Assembly (NCBI GenBank): GCA_049472355.1
Contig: JBLIRP010000011.1
Coordinates: forward strand, 1 to 55,870
Length of the DNA: 55,870 nt
DNA from: a bacterium
Lineage (GTDB): Bacteria; SZUA-182; DTGQ01; JAFGSM01
Reading direction: 5' to 3'
Position numbers and translations under genes: made by a program. Each line of letters opens with the position of its first letter. Within the stretch, counting starts at the first letter, position 1. Below the pieces are notes generated by a model. That model was given only the letters and a program-made list of their open reading frames with translations, had not been told where the DNA came from and did no database searches. This document shows positions 44,280 through 54,564 of the stretch, in pieces.

Positions 44280-44943
44280 TGAATGGCTTCCCTCCTCACC
44301 CACTGGAAAATTCAGTAGGAAAGATCGAGTTCGTGACGCTCCTGCAAACGGCTACCTCGGTCTTATCTACCCGTTAAGCCCCCTGCGCGCACCTCGCTCA
44401 ATGTGCATAGGTGCCCCAACCACAGACGTTGGAATCGAAACACCCCGCCATGGCCCCCCGTAAAAGAGGTCTGCCGTGTTTTAAACGATCCACTGTTCTT
44501 GTAGATCAAGGTATTGTTTTTTAATTTTTATACAGCATTTATTAATGTATCACTTTATATAATTATATCAAATATGTTGCTTATTAGATAGAAATATGGT
44601 AACGGCAGGGGTACCAGTGTACGATCAAGACCTCGGTCAAGGCTTCAGGACATATTATATCAGCGGCTGACGTGTTTACAACCCTCGTGCAAATGTCATT
44701 GTCGTGTTCGAGCAGCCTCATGCACGCCACGCCCGATTCTCGGCGATGGTAATCGCTCAATACTTGCTTTCTTGATCTTTCCTACCTCCTCCTTACCGGC
44801 AATTCTAATGTTGATAGTGCATCTCGGCGTTACGGGGGGGCAGACATGTTTGCAGATCGATATTGAATTCTCTGCACCGGTTGGTGTAGAATCATTTTCT
44901 GGCAGTATAAACACCCATTTTTATCCCATCGATAGGAGCGGCC

Positions 44944-45333
44944 ATGAAAAGATCAGTGTCTATCGTCGTGATAGTAATCTTCCTTGTATCCGTCTGTCTG
45001 TTCAGCCTCCCACGTTCGAGCCGGGCAGCCGAAAGGCCGCTGAAGAGCGTGTTCGTCGACACCATGTTCGGGCTCGCCACAGGCACGGTTATCGCTGCCG
45101 CGGTTACCGTTGCCGACGGAGATGCCCACGGCGACGACTGGGGGAGAAACCTGGGCATCGGGGCCACCATAGGGGCGTTTGTGGGGGTCGCGTTCGGCAT
45201 CGCAACGGAAAGCCAATCACTGCTCTACCTTGACGGTGCCCGTTTGAGCTGCCATCTCCCGCTGCCCCGTATGCGCTCGTTTTCAAGCCAGGAAAACGCG
45301 GTAACATTCGAATTGTTCAGGTGGCGCTATTAA
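44944..45333 (+). CDS. Small exported/membrane hypothetical protein
   Basis: AGGAG RBS, signal peptide, two Gly/Ala-rich hydrophobic helices, C-terminal LFRWRY. Confidence 0.7.
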   Translation: MKRSVSIVVIVIFLVSVCLFSLPRSSRAAERPLKSVFVDTMFGLATGTVIAAAVTVADGDAHGDDWGRNLGIGATIGAFVGVAFGIATESQSLLYLDGARLSCHLPLPRMRSFSSQENAVTFELFRWRY

Positions 45334-45370
45334 AAAGGGCTGTGAGTGCCCTGATGTAAGAGTATAATTG

Positions 45371-45520
45371 TTGCAGGGATCGCAGGATAAGGGAAAACGG
45401 TGAAAAACCGTTGCGGACCCGCCGCTGTGACCGGGGACAAACGCCGCATCAATGCCACTGTCGGGATGACGGGAAGGCGCGGCAAGTAGAGAGATCCGGG
45501 AGCCAGAAGACCTGCCTGCG
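45371..45520 (+). ncRNA. Cobalamin (AdoCbl) riboswitch
   Basis: GCAGG...AAGGGAA-AACGGTGAAAAACCGTT-GCGGACCCGCCGCTGT...GCCACTG...GGGAAGG...GAGCCAGAAGACCTGCC (B12 box), upstream of btuB. Confidence 0.95.
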
Positions 45521-45594
45521 CTTACATACACTGGGAAAAGACCTTCGCGGAGAGAGGTCATGTGTAACCATGTATGCTGAGGATGGAAAACGGC

Positions 45595-45630
45595 ATCCCC
45601 GGACCCACAGAGGGTCCGGGGATTTTTTTT
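45595..45630 (+). terminator. Intrinsic terminator in the riboswitch expression platform
   Basis: ATCCCCGGACCC-ACAGA-GGGTCCGGGGAT followed by a T run, between the aptamer and btuB. Confidence 0.88.
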
Positions 45631-45715
45631 GCCGTGTATACGACCCGGGACGTCATTATTGACTCCGTAAATCCGGGACTCCCGCCTCAGCAAAAAGAGG
45701 AGGTTGTTGTACAAG

Positions 45716-47704
45716 ATGAAACCCTTAAGGATTGCCATAACCGGAGCAATGATAACCCTGCTGTGCTGTTTTCTTTGTTTACCTGCCACAAGCGCCCAAG
45801 AACAGGGAGGTATGGGGAGCATCGATCCCATGATCAAAGATGAGAATGAGGGAGGGGTGAAGAGGGTCACCCTTCCCGAGGTGGTAGTAACCGCGACCCG
45901 CATGGAGACCCCCGCCCGGGAGATAGCAAGCTCATACAGCATTGTCTCCGGCGAGGATATGGATACGGCTCAGTCGCGAGCGGTAATCGAGGCGCTCCGG
46001 GATATACCGGGGCTGGACCCCGTCCAGGTTGGAGGGCCAGGGGGAAACAGCAATATCAAGATACGGGGGGCGGAGACACGGCACACCCTGGTGCTTATCG
46101 ACGGGGTGGAGGTGAACGATCCCATCTCCATCGATCGGTCCTCCAACTTCTCGGGCCTCCTCATCGACAATATCGAACGTATCGAGGTCCTGAGGGGGCC
46201 GCAGAGCGCCTTGTACGGATCGGACGCCATCGGCGGGGTGATCAACATCATTACCCAAAAGGGGGAGGGGGGGCCCAGGGTCTCCCTATCCCATGAAATG
46301 GGTTCCTTCGATTCCTACAGGGGATCATTGCGGATCAGCAGGGGCGCCGATCTCATGAACTATTCGATCGGTCTCTCCCGGTACTACACCGGTGGGATCT
46401 CCGCAGCAGCCAAGGAATATGGAAACACGGAACGAGACGGATACGAGAATACCACGGCATCCGCCCGTGTGGGCATTACCCCCACAGAGGGATTCGGCGT
46501 TGACCTCATCGCACGGCACGTCGATACGGAGGGTGACCTGGATAACTCCGGCGGAACAGGGGGCGACGATATAAACTATGTGTTTACCACGCACCAGTCG
46601 TTTCTGAAGATAGAACCGCACATCTCACTCTTTGATGCGCGATGGAACCAAAGACTCGGCATCTCCTATGCCACGCACCGAAGGCACTATTCGAACGGCA
46701 CTGACCCTGACCATCCTTCGGACCTTTCCCAAAACTCCTATGAAAGCGACATGGTCTCCTTCAACTGGCAGCACGATATCGAGATTCATCCACACCATAC
46801 CCTGACCATCGGATTGCTGGAATACGAAGAGGAAAAGGGAAAATACCAGGAGTATTCGGAAAGCGGTTGGGGGCCTTATTCCAGTTCGTTGGAAGAGCAG
46901 ACAACGCGCACCGTAGGCTGCTTCCTCCAGGACCACATCAGCGTTGATGACCGTTTCGTTGCCACCTTAGGCGCACGCGTCGATGACTACAAGTCCTTCG
47001 GCACCGAGGAGACCTATCGGATAGCCTCCGCGTATAGGGTCAATAGGATGGGGACAAGGCTCAAGGCATCCTACGGCACTGGATTCAAGGCCCCATCCCT
47101 CTACCAGCTCTATTCCATGTACGGGAGCCCGGACCTCGATCCGGAAAAAAGCTACGGCTGGGATTGCGGAATCGAGCAGGGTGTGTGGAATGACAAGGTA
47201 ATCTCAGGTATCACCTTCTTCCGCAACAGTTTCAGGGACATGATCACCTTCGATTGGAATACATCGATGTATATGAATATCCAAAGGGCCAAATCCCAGG
47301 GAATCGAATATTCTCTATCCGCCCGGCCTGCGGATGACCTTACCCTGAAGGGCAGCTACACCTACACCGACACCGAGGACCTCTCCACCAGCGAGTCATT
47401 TCTCCATCGGGCAAGAAACCGATTCTCCTTAGGGGCCGATTATGCCCTGTCGGAAAGGGGCTCTGCTCACCTCGAGGTCCGGTATGTGGGAAGGCGCTAC
47501 GATAACGACTATTCAACCTGGCCCGCCACCAGGGTCATCCTCAAGGAGTATGTGCTGGTCAACCTGTCCGCCTCCTATTCGGTGACCGAGTCATTCCATG
47601 TCTTCGGCAGGGTGGACAACCTTCTGAACGAGCGCTACGAGGAGGTAAAGGGATACGGCACCACCAGCATCAACGGGTTCGCCGGTTTCAGGTTCCTGTT
47701 ATGA
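45716..47704 (+). CDS. btuB: TonB-dependent cobalamin receptor
   Basis: TonB box EVVVTATR, plug IRG..LVLIDG, IERIEVLRGPQSALYGSDAIGGVINIIT, GFKAPSLYQL, VDNLLN. Downstream of a B12 riboswitch. Confidence 0.9.
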   Translation: MKPLRIAITGAMITLLCCFLCLPATSAQEQGGMGSIDPMIKDENEGGVKRVTLPEVVVTATRMETPAREIASSYSIVSGEDMDTAQSRAVIEALRDIPGLDPVQVGGPGGNSNIKIRGAETRHTLVLIDGVEVNDPISIDRSSNFSGLLIDNIERIEVLRGPQSALYGSDAIGGVINIITQKGEGGPRVSLSHEMGSFDSYRGSLRISRGADLMNYSIGLSRYYTGGISAAAKEYGNTERDGYENTTASARVGITPTEGFGVDLIARHVDTEGDLDNSGGTGGDDINYVFTTHQSFLKIEPHISLFDARWNQRLGISYATHRRHYSNGTDPDHPSDLSQNSYESDMVSFNWQHDIEIHPHHTLTIGLLEYEEEKGKYQEYSESGWGPYSSSLEEQTTRTVGCFLQDHISVDDRFVATLGARVDDYKSFGTEETYRIASAYRVNRMGTRLKASYGTGFKAPSLYQLYSMYGSPDLDPEKSYGWDCGIEQGVWNDKVISGITFFRNSFRDMITFDWNTSMYMNIQRAKSQGIEYSLSARPADDLTLKGSYTYTDTEDLSTSESFLHRARNRFSLGADYALSERGSAHLEVRYVGRRYDNDYSTWPATRVILKEYVLVNLSASYSVTESFHVFGRVDNLLNERYEEVKGYGTTSINGFAGFRFLL

Positions 47705-48672
47705 GACCTGTTATGAGACGGGTATACCTCATCATCCTTCTCCTCTTCCTCCTCGCTGCGGCAGGGATCATGATAAGGACAGGGAGTCACCATACGGCCC
47801 CCGGCACCCGGGAATACCGGAAGGGCGATGAATGGACAGACGCCAAGGCGAAGGCCCACCCGGCAATGCACTATTCGCGTGTCATCTCCCTTGCCCCCAG
47901 CATCACCGAGGTGCTCTTTGCCCTGGGGGCCGGTGACCGTGTGGTAGGGGTCACCACCTTTTGCGACTTTCCCCCGGAGGCGCAAAAAAGGGAGAAGGTG
48001 GGCGGCTACTACGATACCTCCTACGAGGCCATTCTATCCATGCAGCCCGATCTGGTCATTGTGCTCACCGAGCACGAGAAGCAGAGGGAATCCCTCACGG
48101 AAATGGGGATCTCCTTGCTGGTGGTGGACCAGCGCGACACCAGGGGAATCCTGGACTCGATTCTGACCATCGGAAGGATGTTTGGCAGGGAAACGGAGGC
48201 GCGCACCCTGATCTCTGATATTACCGCGAGAATGGGAGGGATAGGGAAACGTATCCGGGGACTTCCCCGGCCCAGGGTGATGATATGCATCGGCAGGACC
48301 ATCGGTACGGGGACGATCGAGGACGTGTTTATCTGCGGCAGGAAGGGCTTCTACCACGAGATGCTCACCCTCGCAGGGGGTGTCAATGTATACGACGGCC
48401 CCTCCCTACAGTATCCCGCAGTGACCGGGGAGGGGATCACCCGGATGAACCCGGAGGTCATCATCGATATCATCCCCGATCTCGTCGACCTGGGATTGAA
48501 CGAGGCGGAGGTGAAGAGGGAATGGCATCGGTTGAAGGGGGTGGACGCGGTGAAGAACGGACGGATCTATGTCCTGGGCGACGACCACGTGGCGACACCG
48601 GGACCGCGATTCATCCTGACCCTGGAGCAGATGGCGCGGGTGCTCCATCCTGAGGTGCAGTGGGATGAATGA
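47701..48672 (+). CDS. btuF: Cobalamin ABC transporter substrate-binding protein (BtuF-like)
   Basis: RVISLAPSITEVLFALG, VVGVTTFCDFP, AVKNGRIY, PGPR. Confidence 0.82.
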   Translation: MRPVMRRVYLIILLLFLLAAAGIMIRTGSHHTAPGTREYRKGDEWTDAKAKAHPAMHYSRVISLAPSITEVLFALGAGDRVVGVTTFCDFPPEAQKREKVGGYYDTSYEAILSMQPDLVIVLTEHEKQRESLTEMGISLLVVDQRDTRGILDSILTIGRMFGRETEARTLISDITARMGGIGKRIRGLPRPRVMICIGRTIGTGTIEDVFICGRKGFYHEMLTLAGGVNVYDGPSLQYPAVTGEGITRMNPEVIIDIIPDLVDLGLNEAEVKREWHRLKGVDAVKNGRIYVLGDDHVATPGPRFILTLEQMARVLHPEVQWDE

Positions 48673-49447
48673 AGCGAACCGGAATATCATTGAGGTGTAC
48701 GATCTCTCCATGGTGCTCGGCAAGGTCGAGATACTGAAGGGGATATCCCTCACGGTGCACGAGGGTGAGTACCTCTCCGTCATCGGTCCCAACGGATCGG
48801 GAAAGACCACGCTGATAAAGTGCCTGGATCGCATCCATCGGATAAGCGGCGGGCGGATCTGTCTTGACCATGTCCCCCTTCATGCTTACACCCAGAGGGA
48901 GATTGCCAGGCGCATGGGATACGTGCCCCAGACCCCGGGGGATACCTCCCTTTTCTCGGTGTATGAATTCGTGCTCATGGGCCGGTATCCATCCCTGAAT
49001 CCCTTTTCCCCCCCCACGAGAAGGGACCGGGAGGCGGTCTTCGAGGCACTCCGGCTGACAAGCACCGACGGCCTTGCGCACCGCGTCGTGAGCACGCTGA
49101 GCGGAGGGGAACGACAGAAGGTATTCATCGCCGCCGCCCTCAGCCAGCGCCCCGGGATCCTGCTCCTCGACGAGCCGACGACCTTCCTCGATCCCCGTCA
49201 TCAGGATGATATCCAGGAGATGCTCCTGCGCATCAACCGGAAGTCGGGGGTCACCATCATCGCCGCCACCCATGACATAAACAGCGCGCTCAGGGCAAGC
49301 ACCCGGATCATCGCACTCAAAGGGGGAGAGGTGGCATTTTGCGGATCGCCGGATGAATTGATGGAGCAGGGACTTCTCGACGCAATATACGAAAAACGCT
49401 TTACGTTCCTGAAACATCCCGGGACAGGCAGACCGGTTGCCGTATGA
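48665..49447 (+). CDS. ABC transporter ATP-binding protein (BtuD/FepC-like)
   Basis: GPNGSGKTT, LSGGERQ, LLLDEPT, THD. Confidence 0.92.
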   Translation: MNEANRNIIEVYDLSMVLGKVEILKGISLTVHEGEYLSVIGPNGSGKTTLIKCLDRIHRISGGRICLDHVPLHAYTQREIARRMGYVPQTPGDTSLFSVYEFVLMGRYPSLNPFSPPTRRDREAVFEALRLTSTDGLAHRVVSTLSGGERQKVFIAAALSQRPGILLLDEPTTFLDPRHQDDIQEMLLRINRKSGVTIIAATHDINSALRASTRIIALKGGEVAFCGSPDELMEQGLLDAIYEKRFTFLKHPGTGRPVAV

Positions 49448-49626
49448 CCGGAACCTTCCGGGGCCGTAGGATTCACACAAAGGCAGGGCAGCATCCATTG
49501 CTCGTTCAATTTGAGGAATTGAGCCGAACCCTGATGTCGCCGGGAGGCAGGGGACCCAATCTCACCAGGGGTGAGCGATCCGCCTTGCCGGGATTATTGC
49601 TCGCCAAACGGGATCTATTTCAATGA
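49444..49626 (+). CDS. Possible 60-aa small protein bridging the ATPase and permease genes
   Basis: ATGA overlap with the upstream stop and ATGATG overlap with the downstream start. No recognisable motif. Confidence 0.3.
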   Translation: MTGTFRGRRIHTKAGQHPLLVQFEELSRTLMSPGGRGPNLTRGERSALPGLLLAKRDLFQ

Positions 49627-50636
49627 TGCAATCGATTGATGTCAATTCGATTCCGGTAAGGGGCCGGAGGGGCCTCCTGCTCATTGCCGCACTCGGGCTT
49701 CTCACCCTGGTCGTCCTGTCATTAGCCCCCTTCATAGGGATGAAGCATATCCCGCCCGGGGTTCTTTTTCATCCCTCCCGCATACCCTGGGAATCCGAGA
49801 TCCTCTGGCAGTTCCGAATACCGCGCGTGCTCACGGCATTCCTGGCAGGTGCCGGGCTGGGCCTCAGCGGCATGGCCTTCCAGGCCATGTTCCGCAATCC
49901 CCTTGCCACCCCCTTCACCCTCGGTGTATCGAGCGGTGCGGCATTCGGCGCCTCCGTGTATATGAGCTGCGGGATCACCTTCAGCATCCTCGGCATCTCA
50001 GGGCTCACCCTTGCCGCATTCCTGGGGGCGCTCCTGGCCATCCTGATCGTGTACGCCCTTTCAACGGCACGCAGGGGGTTTTCAACCGCCACCATGCTCC
50101 TTGCAGGGGTGGCCATGAGCTTCTTCTTTTCCAGCCTGATCATGTTCATCCAGTACCTGTGCGACTTCACCCATTCATTCCGCATCGTCCGATGGCTGAT
50201 GGGCGGCCTGGAGGTGATCGGGTTCGATCCGCTCCTCACCATGCTCCCCTTTGTGTTGGTAGGCGGAGTAGTGATCCTTTTTCTCACCCATGAGTTGAAC
50301 CTTCTGACCGTGGGGGAGGAGATCGCCGTGAGCAGGGGCGTCGCGATCTCGGCGGTCAAGAAGCTCATATTCTTCGCCACCTCACTGATGGTGGGGGGGG
50401 TAGTCGCCGTATGCGGCCCCATAGGGTTCGTGGGAATGATGACCCCCCACATCTGCCGGCTCATCATCGGTCCCAATCACCGGCACCTCACGCCGGCAAC
50501 ACTCCTGTTCGGGGGCGTCTTCCTCACCCTGTGCGACACCCTGGCCCGGACCCTCATCGCCCCCGCGGAGATCCCGGTGGGGATCATCACCGCATTGCTG
50601 GGCGGCCCCTTCTTTCTCTGGCTGCTGATCAGCTAA
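49623..50636 (+). CDS. ABC transporter permease (BtuC/FecCD family)
   Basis: RIPR, FRNPLATPFTLGVSSGA, WLMG, GPIGFVG..PH, EIPVGIITALLGGPFF. Confidence 0.92.
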   Translation: MMQSIDVNSIPVRGRRGLLLIAALGLLTLVVLSLAPFIGMKHIPPGVLFHPSRIPWESEILWQFRIPRVLTAFLAGAGLGLSGMAFQAMFRNPLATPFTLGVSSGAAFGASVYMSCGITFSILGISGLTLAAFLGALLAILIVYALSTARRGFSTATMLLAGVAMSFFFSSLIMFIQYLCDFTHSFRIVRWLMGGLEVIGFDPLLTMLPFVLVGGVVILFLTHELNLLTVGEEIAVSRGVAISAVKKLIFFATSLMVGGVVAVCGPIGFVGMMTPHICRLIIGPNHRHLTPATLLFGGVFLTLCDTLARTLIAPAEIPVGIITALLGGPFFLWLLIS

Positions 50637-50906
50637 GCCCATGTCTTGACTCCATCACGGGATGCTCCACATGCAAAATGTTCAAAAGAGATATGCCCAT
50701 CCACGATGTTTATATGAAAATAATCCAGCAACCTCTTGTTTTATTTTTTCCATGCTTCGTTGTGATCGGCAGATCATGGCCGTTTAGATACAACAGAATG
50801 TATCATTATAGACACCATAAACAGTACCGATTGAATTCATTTCCCCTGTTCCTTGACAATCCTTTCTCCTTACCTCATGATCTATTCGTAAAATCTTTAG
50901 AAAAGA

Positions 50907-51152
50907 ATGGTGATGCATATGACATCCTCTATAACGTCAAGATTTCAGACCACCATACCAACGGGTGTCCGAAAAGGGCTGAGACTCTCCGTCCATGATA
51001 CACTCGAATGGAAAATCGAAAAGGGTGCGGCGGTGGTCACCCCTTTCAAAAAGCCATTCTTGAAATATAAAAACTGCATAAAGGTCGGTGAAGGCGACAT
51101 CGCCAAGGATATCAACAATGAACGAGAATCCCGGACAAAAAGGTATCGATGA
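50907..51152 (+). CDS. AbrB/MazE/SpoVT-family (VapB-like) antitoxin
   Basis: SSITSRFQTTIP..VRK.LRL...D.LEW swapped-hairpin pattern. TTGACA at 50853-50858 upstream. Start may be 50913 or 50919. Confidence 0.8.
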   Translation: MVMHMTSSITSRFQTTIPTGVRKGLRLSVHDTLEWKIEKGAAVVTPFKKPFLKYKNCIKVGEGDIAKDINNERESRTKRYR

Positions 51153-51218
51153 GGAACCATATTGACTGACACAAGTCCCCTGATTCCTTGGAACAAACGA
51201 CAACAAAGAAGATGCTGA
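51149..51218 (+). pseudogene. Frameshifted, truncated vapC (PIN toxin) remnant
   Basis: ATG overlaps the antitoxin stop (ATGA). Removing one A after ATGAGG gives M-R-T-I-L-T-D-T-S-P-L-I, a typical PIN N-terminus, after which similarity is lost. Confidence 0.55.
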
Positions 51219-51273
51219 ATGATTAATTGCTGCTTGACGATTCAAAACCCAACGATTCAATAAGGGGCATGCC

Positions 51274-52281
51274 ATGACACGCAACCTGAAATGGATTTTG
51301 TGGCTCTGTGTTCTGTGTTTTTGCTGTTTTCTCTGCCTGGGCTGCACGCAAAAAAGGGATTACAAACTGAGCGTCAATGTATCCGGGGAAACGGCGTGGG
51401 GAAAGGGGGCGGCACGATTCGCCGAGCTCGTGCTTGAGCGATCCGACGGGCGCATTCGCATAAAGCCGTACTACAACATGGTGCTTGCCGCCGGTGACCA
51501 GATGCGGGAGATCCGTTTGCTCCAATCAGGCAGCATCGATTTTTCACTCAATTCGACCATCAATTACACCCCCTCCATTCCCGAGTTGAACGTGTTTTCC
51601 CTTCCCTTCCTTTTTCCCGACCACGCGGCAGTGGACCGGGCGGTTTCCTCCGATGCAGGCGCCATGATGGAGGAAATCCTTGCACGGCACAACCTGGTGG
51701 TCCTGGGCTGGGGGGAGAACGGGTTCAGGGAACTGACCAACCGGCTCAAGCCGGTGGCGTCCCCCGAGGATCTGGAGGGGATGAAGGTGCGGGTATGCTC
51801 CCCGATCTACATCGATATCTTTCAGGCATTGGATGCCAACCCCACGGCCATGGTCTGGGCCGAGGCCTTGACCGCCTTTCGCAAGGGGGTGGTGGATGCG
51901 GAGGAAAACCCGGTGGTGGGAGTGATCCTGCCGTACGAGATTGGGGAATACCACAAGCACCTCACCCTGTGGCACTATTCCTATGACGCCCTTATCCTGA
52001 GCTGCAACAAGGATCTGTGGGAGACCTTCACCCCTGCCGATCGTGGGCTTTTAACGTCATGCGCCCGGGAGGCTATGGCGTATCAGAAGGAGCTGGCACG
52101 ATCGGGCCTGGACGACGCCCTTGCGTTCCTTGAACAGGAAAAGGGGGTTGCCGTCACCCGTCTTTCGGATGCCCAGTTGGAGGCATTCCGCCGGAAGACC
52201 AGGCCCGTATTCGAGAAATACGCGGAAACAGTCGGCCGTGACCTGGTGAGGGCATTCGAGGATTCCATCCGGACACCGTGA
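51274..52281 (+). CDS. dctP: TRAP transporter substrate-binding protein (probable lipoprotein)
   Basis: Lipobox-like CLGC, FSLPFLF, WGENGFRELTN, DLEGMKVRV, GVVDAEENP. Confidence 0.9.
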   Translation: MTRNLKWILWLCVLCFCCFLCLGCTQKRDYKLSVNVSGETAWGKGAARFAELVLERSDGRIRIKPYYNMVLAAGDQMREIRLLQSGSIDFSLNSTINYTPSIPELNVFSLPFLFPDHAAVDRAVSSDAGAMMEEILARHNLVVLGWGENGFRELTNRLKPVASPEDLEGMKVRVCSPIYIDIFQALDANPTAMVWAEALTAFRKGVVDAEENPVVGVILPYEIGEYHKHLTLWHYSYDALILSCNKDLWETFTPADRGLLTSCAREAMAYQKELARSGLDDALAFLEQEKGVAVTRLSDAQLEAFRRKTRPVFEKYAETVGRDLVRAFEDSIRTP

Positions 52282-52285
52282 GTGG

Positions 52286-52765
52286 ATGTCCATGACTCGC
52301 ATACCTGCCATTGCCGGTCATCTGGAAGAGGTCCTGTGCGCCGCCATACTGCTCGCCATGGCGGGTATCACCGGTGCGAACATCATTACCCGCTGCATCC
52401 CCGGGCTCTCCTTTGCCGCCTCCGAAGAACTTGTGGTCAACCTCTTCGTATGGCTGACCATGCTCGGCGCCGTGGTGGCGGTGAAACAGGGGGCGCACAT
52501 CTCCATCACCTTCGTCCAGCGCAGGGTGCCGGAGCGGTATAGGCGGCTGTTCCTGCTCCTCCAATGGGTTGCGGTCTGCACGGTCTTTGTGCTCCTTGCC
52601 TACTACGGCTTCCTTGAAACCTGGGCCGAGTACAGGATCAGGATGATGACCTATTCTTTGGGCTGGCCCCTGTGGTTTTTCACGCTTGCAATCCCGGCCG
52701 GCGGGCTGCTGGTGGTGATCCGCTTCACCCAGGCCGTCATCCGCGAATGGCGGGCATATCGGTGA
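52286..52765 (+). CDS. dctQ: TRAP transporter small permease
   Basis: Four TM helices, SEEL...LFVWLTMLGA, GAHISI. Confidence 0.88.
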   Translation: MSMTRIPAIAGHLEEVLCAAILLAMAGITGANIITRCIPGLSFAASEELVVNLFVWLTMLGAVVAVKQGAHISITFVQRRVPERYRRLFLLLQWVAVCTVFVLLAYYGFLETWAEYRIRMMTYSLGWPLWFFTLAIPAGGLLVVIRFTQAVIREWRAYR

Positions 52766-54039
52766 TGTCACCCGGCCTGTGGCTCTATATCTCCTTTGTG
52801 CTGCTCCTTGCCTGCGGCGTCCCCGTTGCGGTCTGCCTGGGTTTGTCCGGGATCGTGATCATCGTTGCTTCCGGCCTCGGCATCCAGGCGCTCCCCACCA
52901 TCGTGTTTGCGAGTATCGCCAAGCCATCCCTGGTGGCCATCCCCCTTTTCATCCTTGCGGGGGTGATCTTCTACCGGATCGGCATTGCCGAGCGCCTGAT
53001 CCATCTGGTAAAGCTTCTGGTTGGGCCTATCCCCGGAGGCCTGGCCATCGTCGCCGTGATATCCGCGCTCATCATGGGGGCCAACACCGGCTCCGGCCCT
53101 GCAGAGACCGCTGCCCTTGGTTCGGTGCTCATTCCCGGGCTGACCGAGGCAGGCTACCCCAAAAGGTTCGTCACCGCCCTGGTCGCCACATCGAGCGGCC
53201 TGGCCATCATCATCCCCCCCAGCATCGGATTCATCATCTATGGGGCGATTACCGGTACCTCCATTGCCAAGCTCTTCATCGCAGGGATCATCCCCGGCAT
53301 GATCCTGGCGATGGCCCTCCTGATCATGATCTTTGTGCTCTCCTGCAGGCGGGGGTATGGTGGGGAGGCCTTCGGCTCCCTCCGGCAGATCGGCGAGGCA
53401 CTGAGGGATGCGGTCTGGGGGCTGCTCGCCCCGGTCATCATCCTGGGGGGGATCTACCTGGGGCTGGTCACCCCCACGGAGGCAGCCGCCGTTGCCGTAT
53501 TCTACGGTCTTGCCGTGGGGTTCTTCATCCACCGCAGCCTGACCTTTCGGATGCTCTATCGTATCCTTCTTGAATCCTCGGTCACCACCGCGGTGGTGAT
53601 GCTGATCGTGGCCCTGGCCGGTGTATTCGGCTGGACCAATGTCGTGGTGGGTGTCGTCGAAATGGTGTCCCGGTTCCTGATCAACGCCACGGCCCTTGCC
53701 CCGCTTTTGCTCTTTCTCATCGTGTGCGGGCTTCTGGTGGCGGGGACCGTGATGGACGCGGTGACCCTGTACTTCATCACCCTTCCCATCCTGATGCCGG
53801 TGGTCCAGCAATGCCGCTGGGACCCCATCTGGTTCGGGGTGGTGGTGACCATTGCCCTTGCCATCGGGCAGGTCACCCCGCCGGTGGCGGTGAATCTCTA
53901 TGTCGCCTGCTCCATTGCCGATCTCTCCATAGAGGAGGTCACCCCGGACACCCTGCGCTTTGCCTTCGCCGCATTCCTGGGAATGATCGTGGTTGTGTAT
54001 GTGCCTGTTCTTTCGACCTGGCTCCCCTCCTTCATGTGA
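52765..54039 (+). CDS. dctM: TRAP transporter large permease
   Basis: AIPLFILAG, IIIPPSI, LFIAGIIPG, TPTEAA, DPIWFGVV, TPPVAVNL. TGATG coupling to dctQ. Confidence 0.92.
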   Translation: MSPGLWLYISFVLLLACGVPVAVCLGLSGIVIIVASGLGIQALPTIVFASIAKPSLVAIPLFILAGVIFYRIGIAERLIHLVKLLVGPIPGGLAIVAVISALIMGANTGSGPAETAALGSVLIPGLTEAGYPKRFVTALVATSSGLAIIIPPSIGFIIYGAITGTSIAKLFIAGIIPGMILAMALLIMIFVLSCRRGYGGEAFGSLRQIGEALRDAVWGLLAPVIILGGIYLGLVTPTEAAAVAVFYGLAVGFFIHRSLTFRMLYRILLESSVTTAVVMLIVALAGVFGWTNVVVGVVEMVSRFLINATALAPLLLFLIVCGLLVAGTVMDAVTLYFITLPILMPVVQQCRWDPIWFGVVVTIALAIGQVTPPVAVNLYVACSIADLSIEEVTPDTLRFAFAAFLGMIVVVYVPVLSTWLPSFM

Positions 54040-54261
54040 TTCGAAAAGCGAGGTTCTCCTTCGGCATTTTTAATAGCCCTGGATCCGGCATATGGGTATC
54101 CATACTATTGCCAAATTCAATGATCAGGGTTGTGTAGTTGCAGAATTTCTTTCGGGAAGAGGAATGAGCACTTTACCATAATACATGTAACATATGATAA
54201 CACGATCGTACAAAAATTGAGTCATTTAAAAATGTTGTACTTTCGAGAGTAGGTGAGATTA

Positions 54262-54564
54262 TTATGAGATAATTTGGGGAAGTTCTTTAGTGCCATGAAT
54301 AATTAAAACAATATAAATTGCATTCTTCTTTATTCTATAGACAATTCTGTAATTTTGATAGAGAATCTCTCGTATCTTGGGATTATTATACTCAGGAACT
54401 ATTCTTCCTATTTGAGAAAAACTCATTAAGTTATCAACTAAAGATAAGACCTTTTTGGCAAAGTTACTTGCATAGTATAATGAATCATTAGAAATATATT
54501 CAATAACATCAACAAAGCTGTTTATGCCATCTTCGGTCCAAATAATCTTGACTACTTTATCCAC
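54262..54564 (-). CDS. RelE/ParE-family toxin
   Basis: KIIWTED...I..YIS.DS, GRIVPEY....IREI...NYRIVYR, IIHG. AT-rich; overlaps the antitoxin. Confidence 0.88.
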   Translation of the reverse strand: MDKVVKIIWTEDGINSFVDVIEYISNDSLYYASNFAKKVLSLVDNLMSFSQIGRIVPEYNNPKIREILYQNYRIVYRIKKNAIYIVLIIHGTKELPQIIS

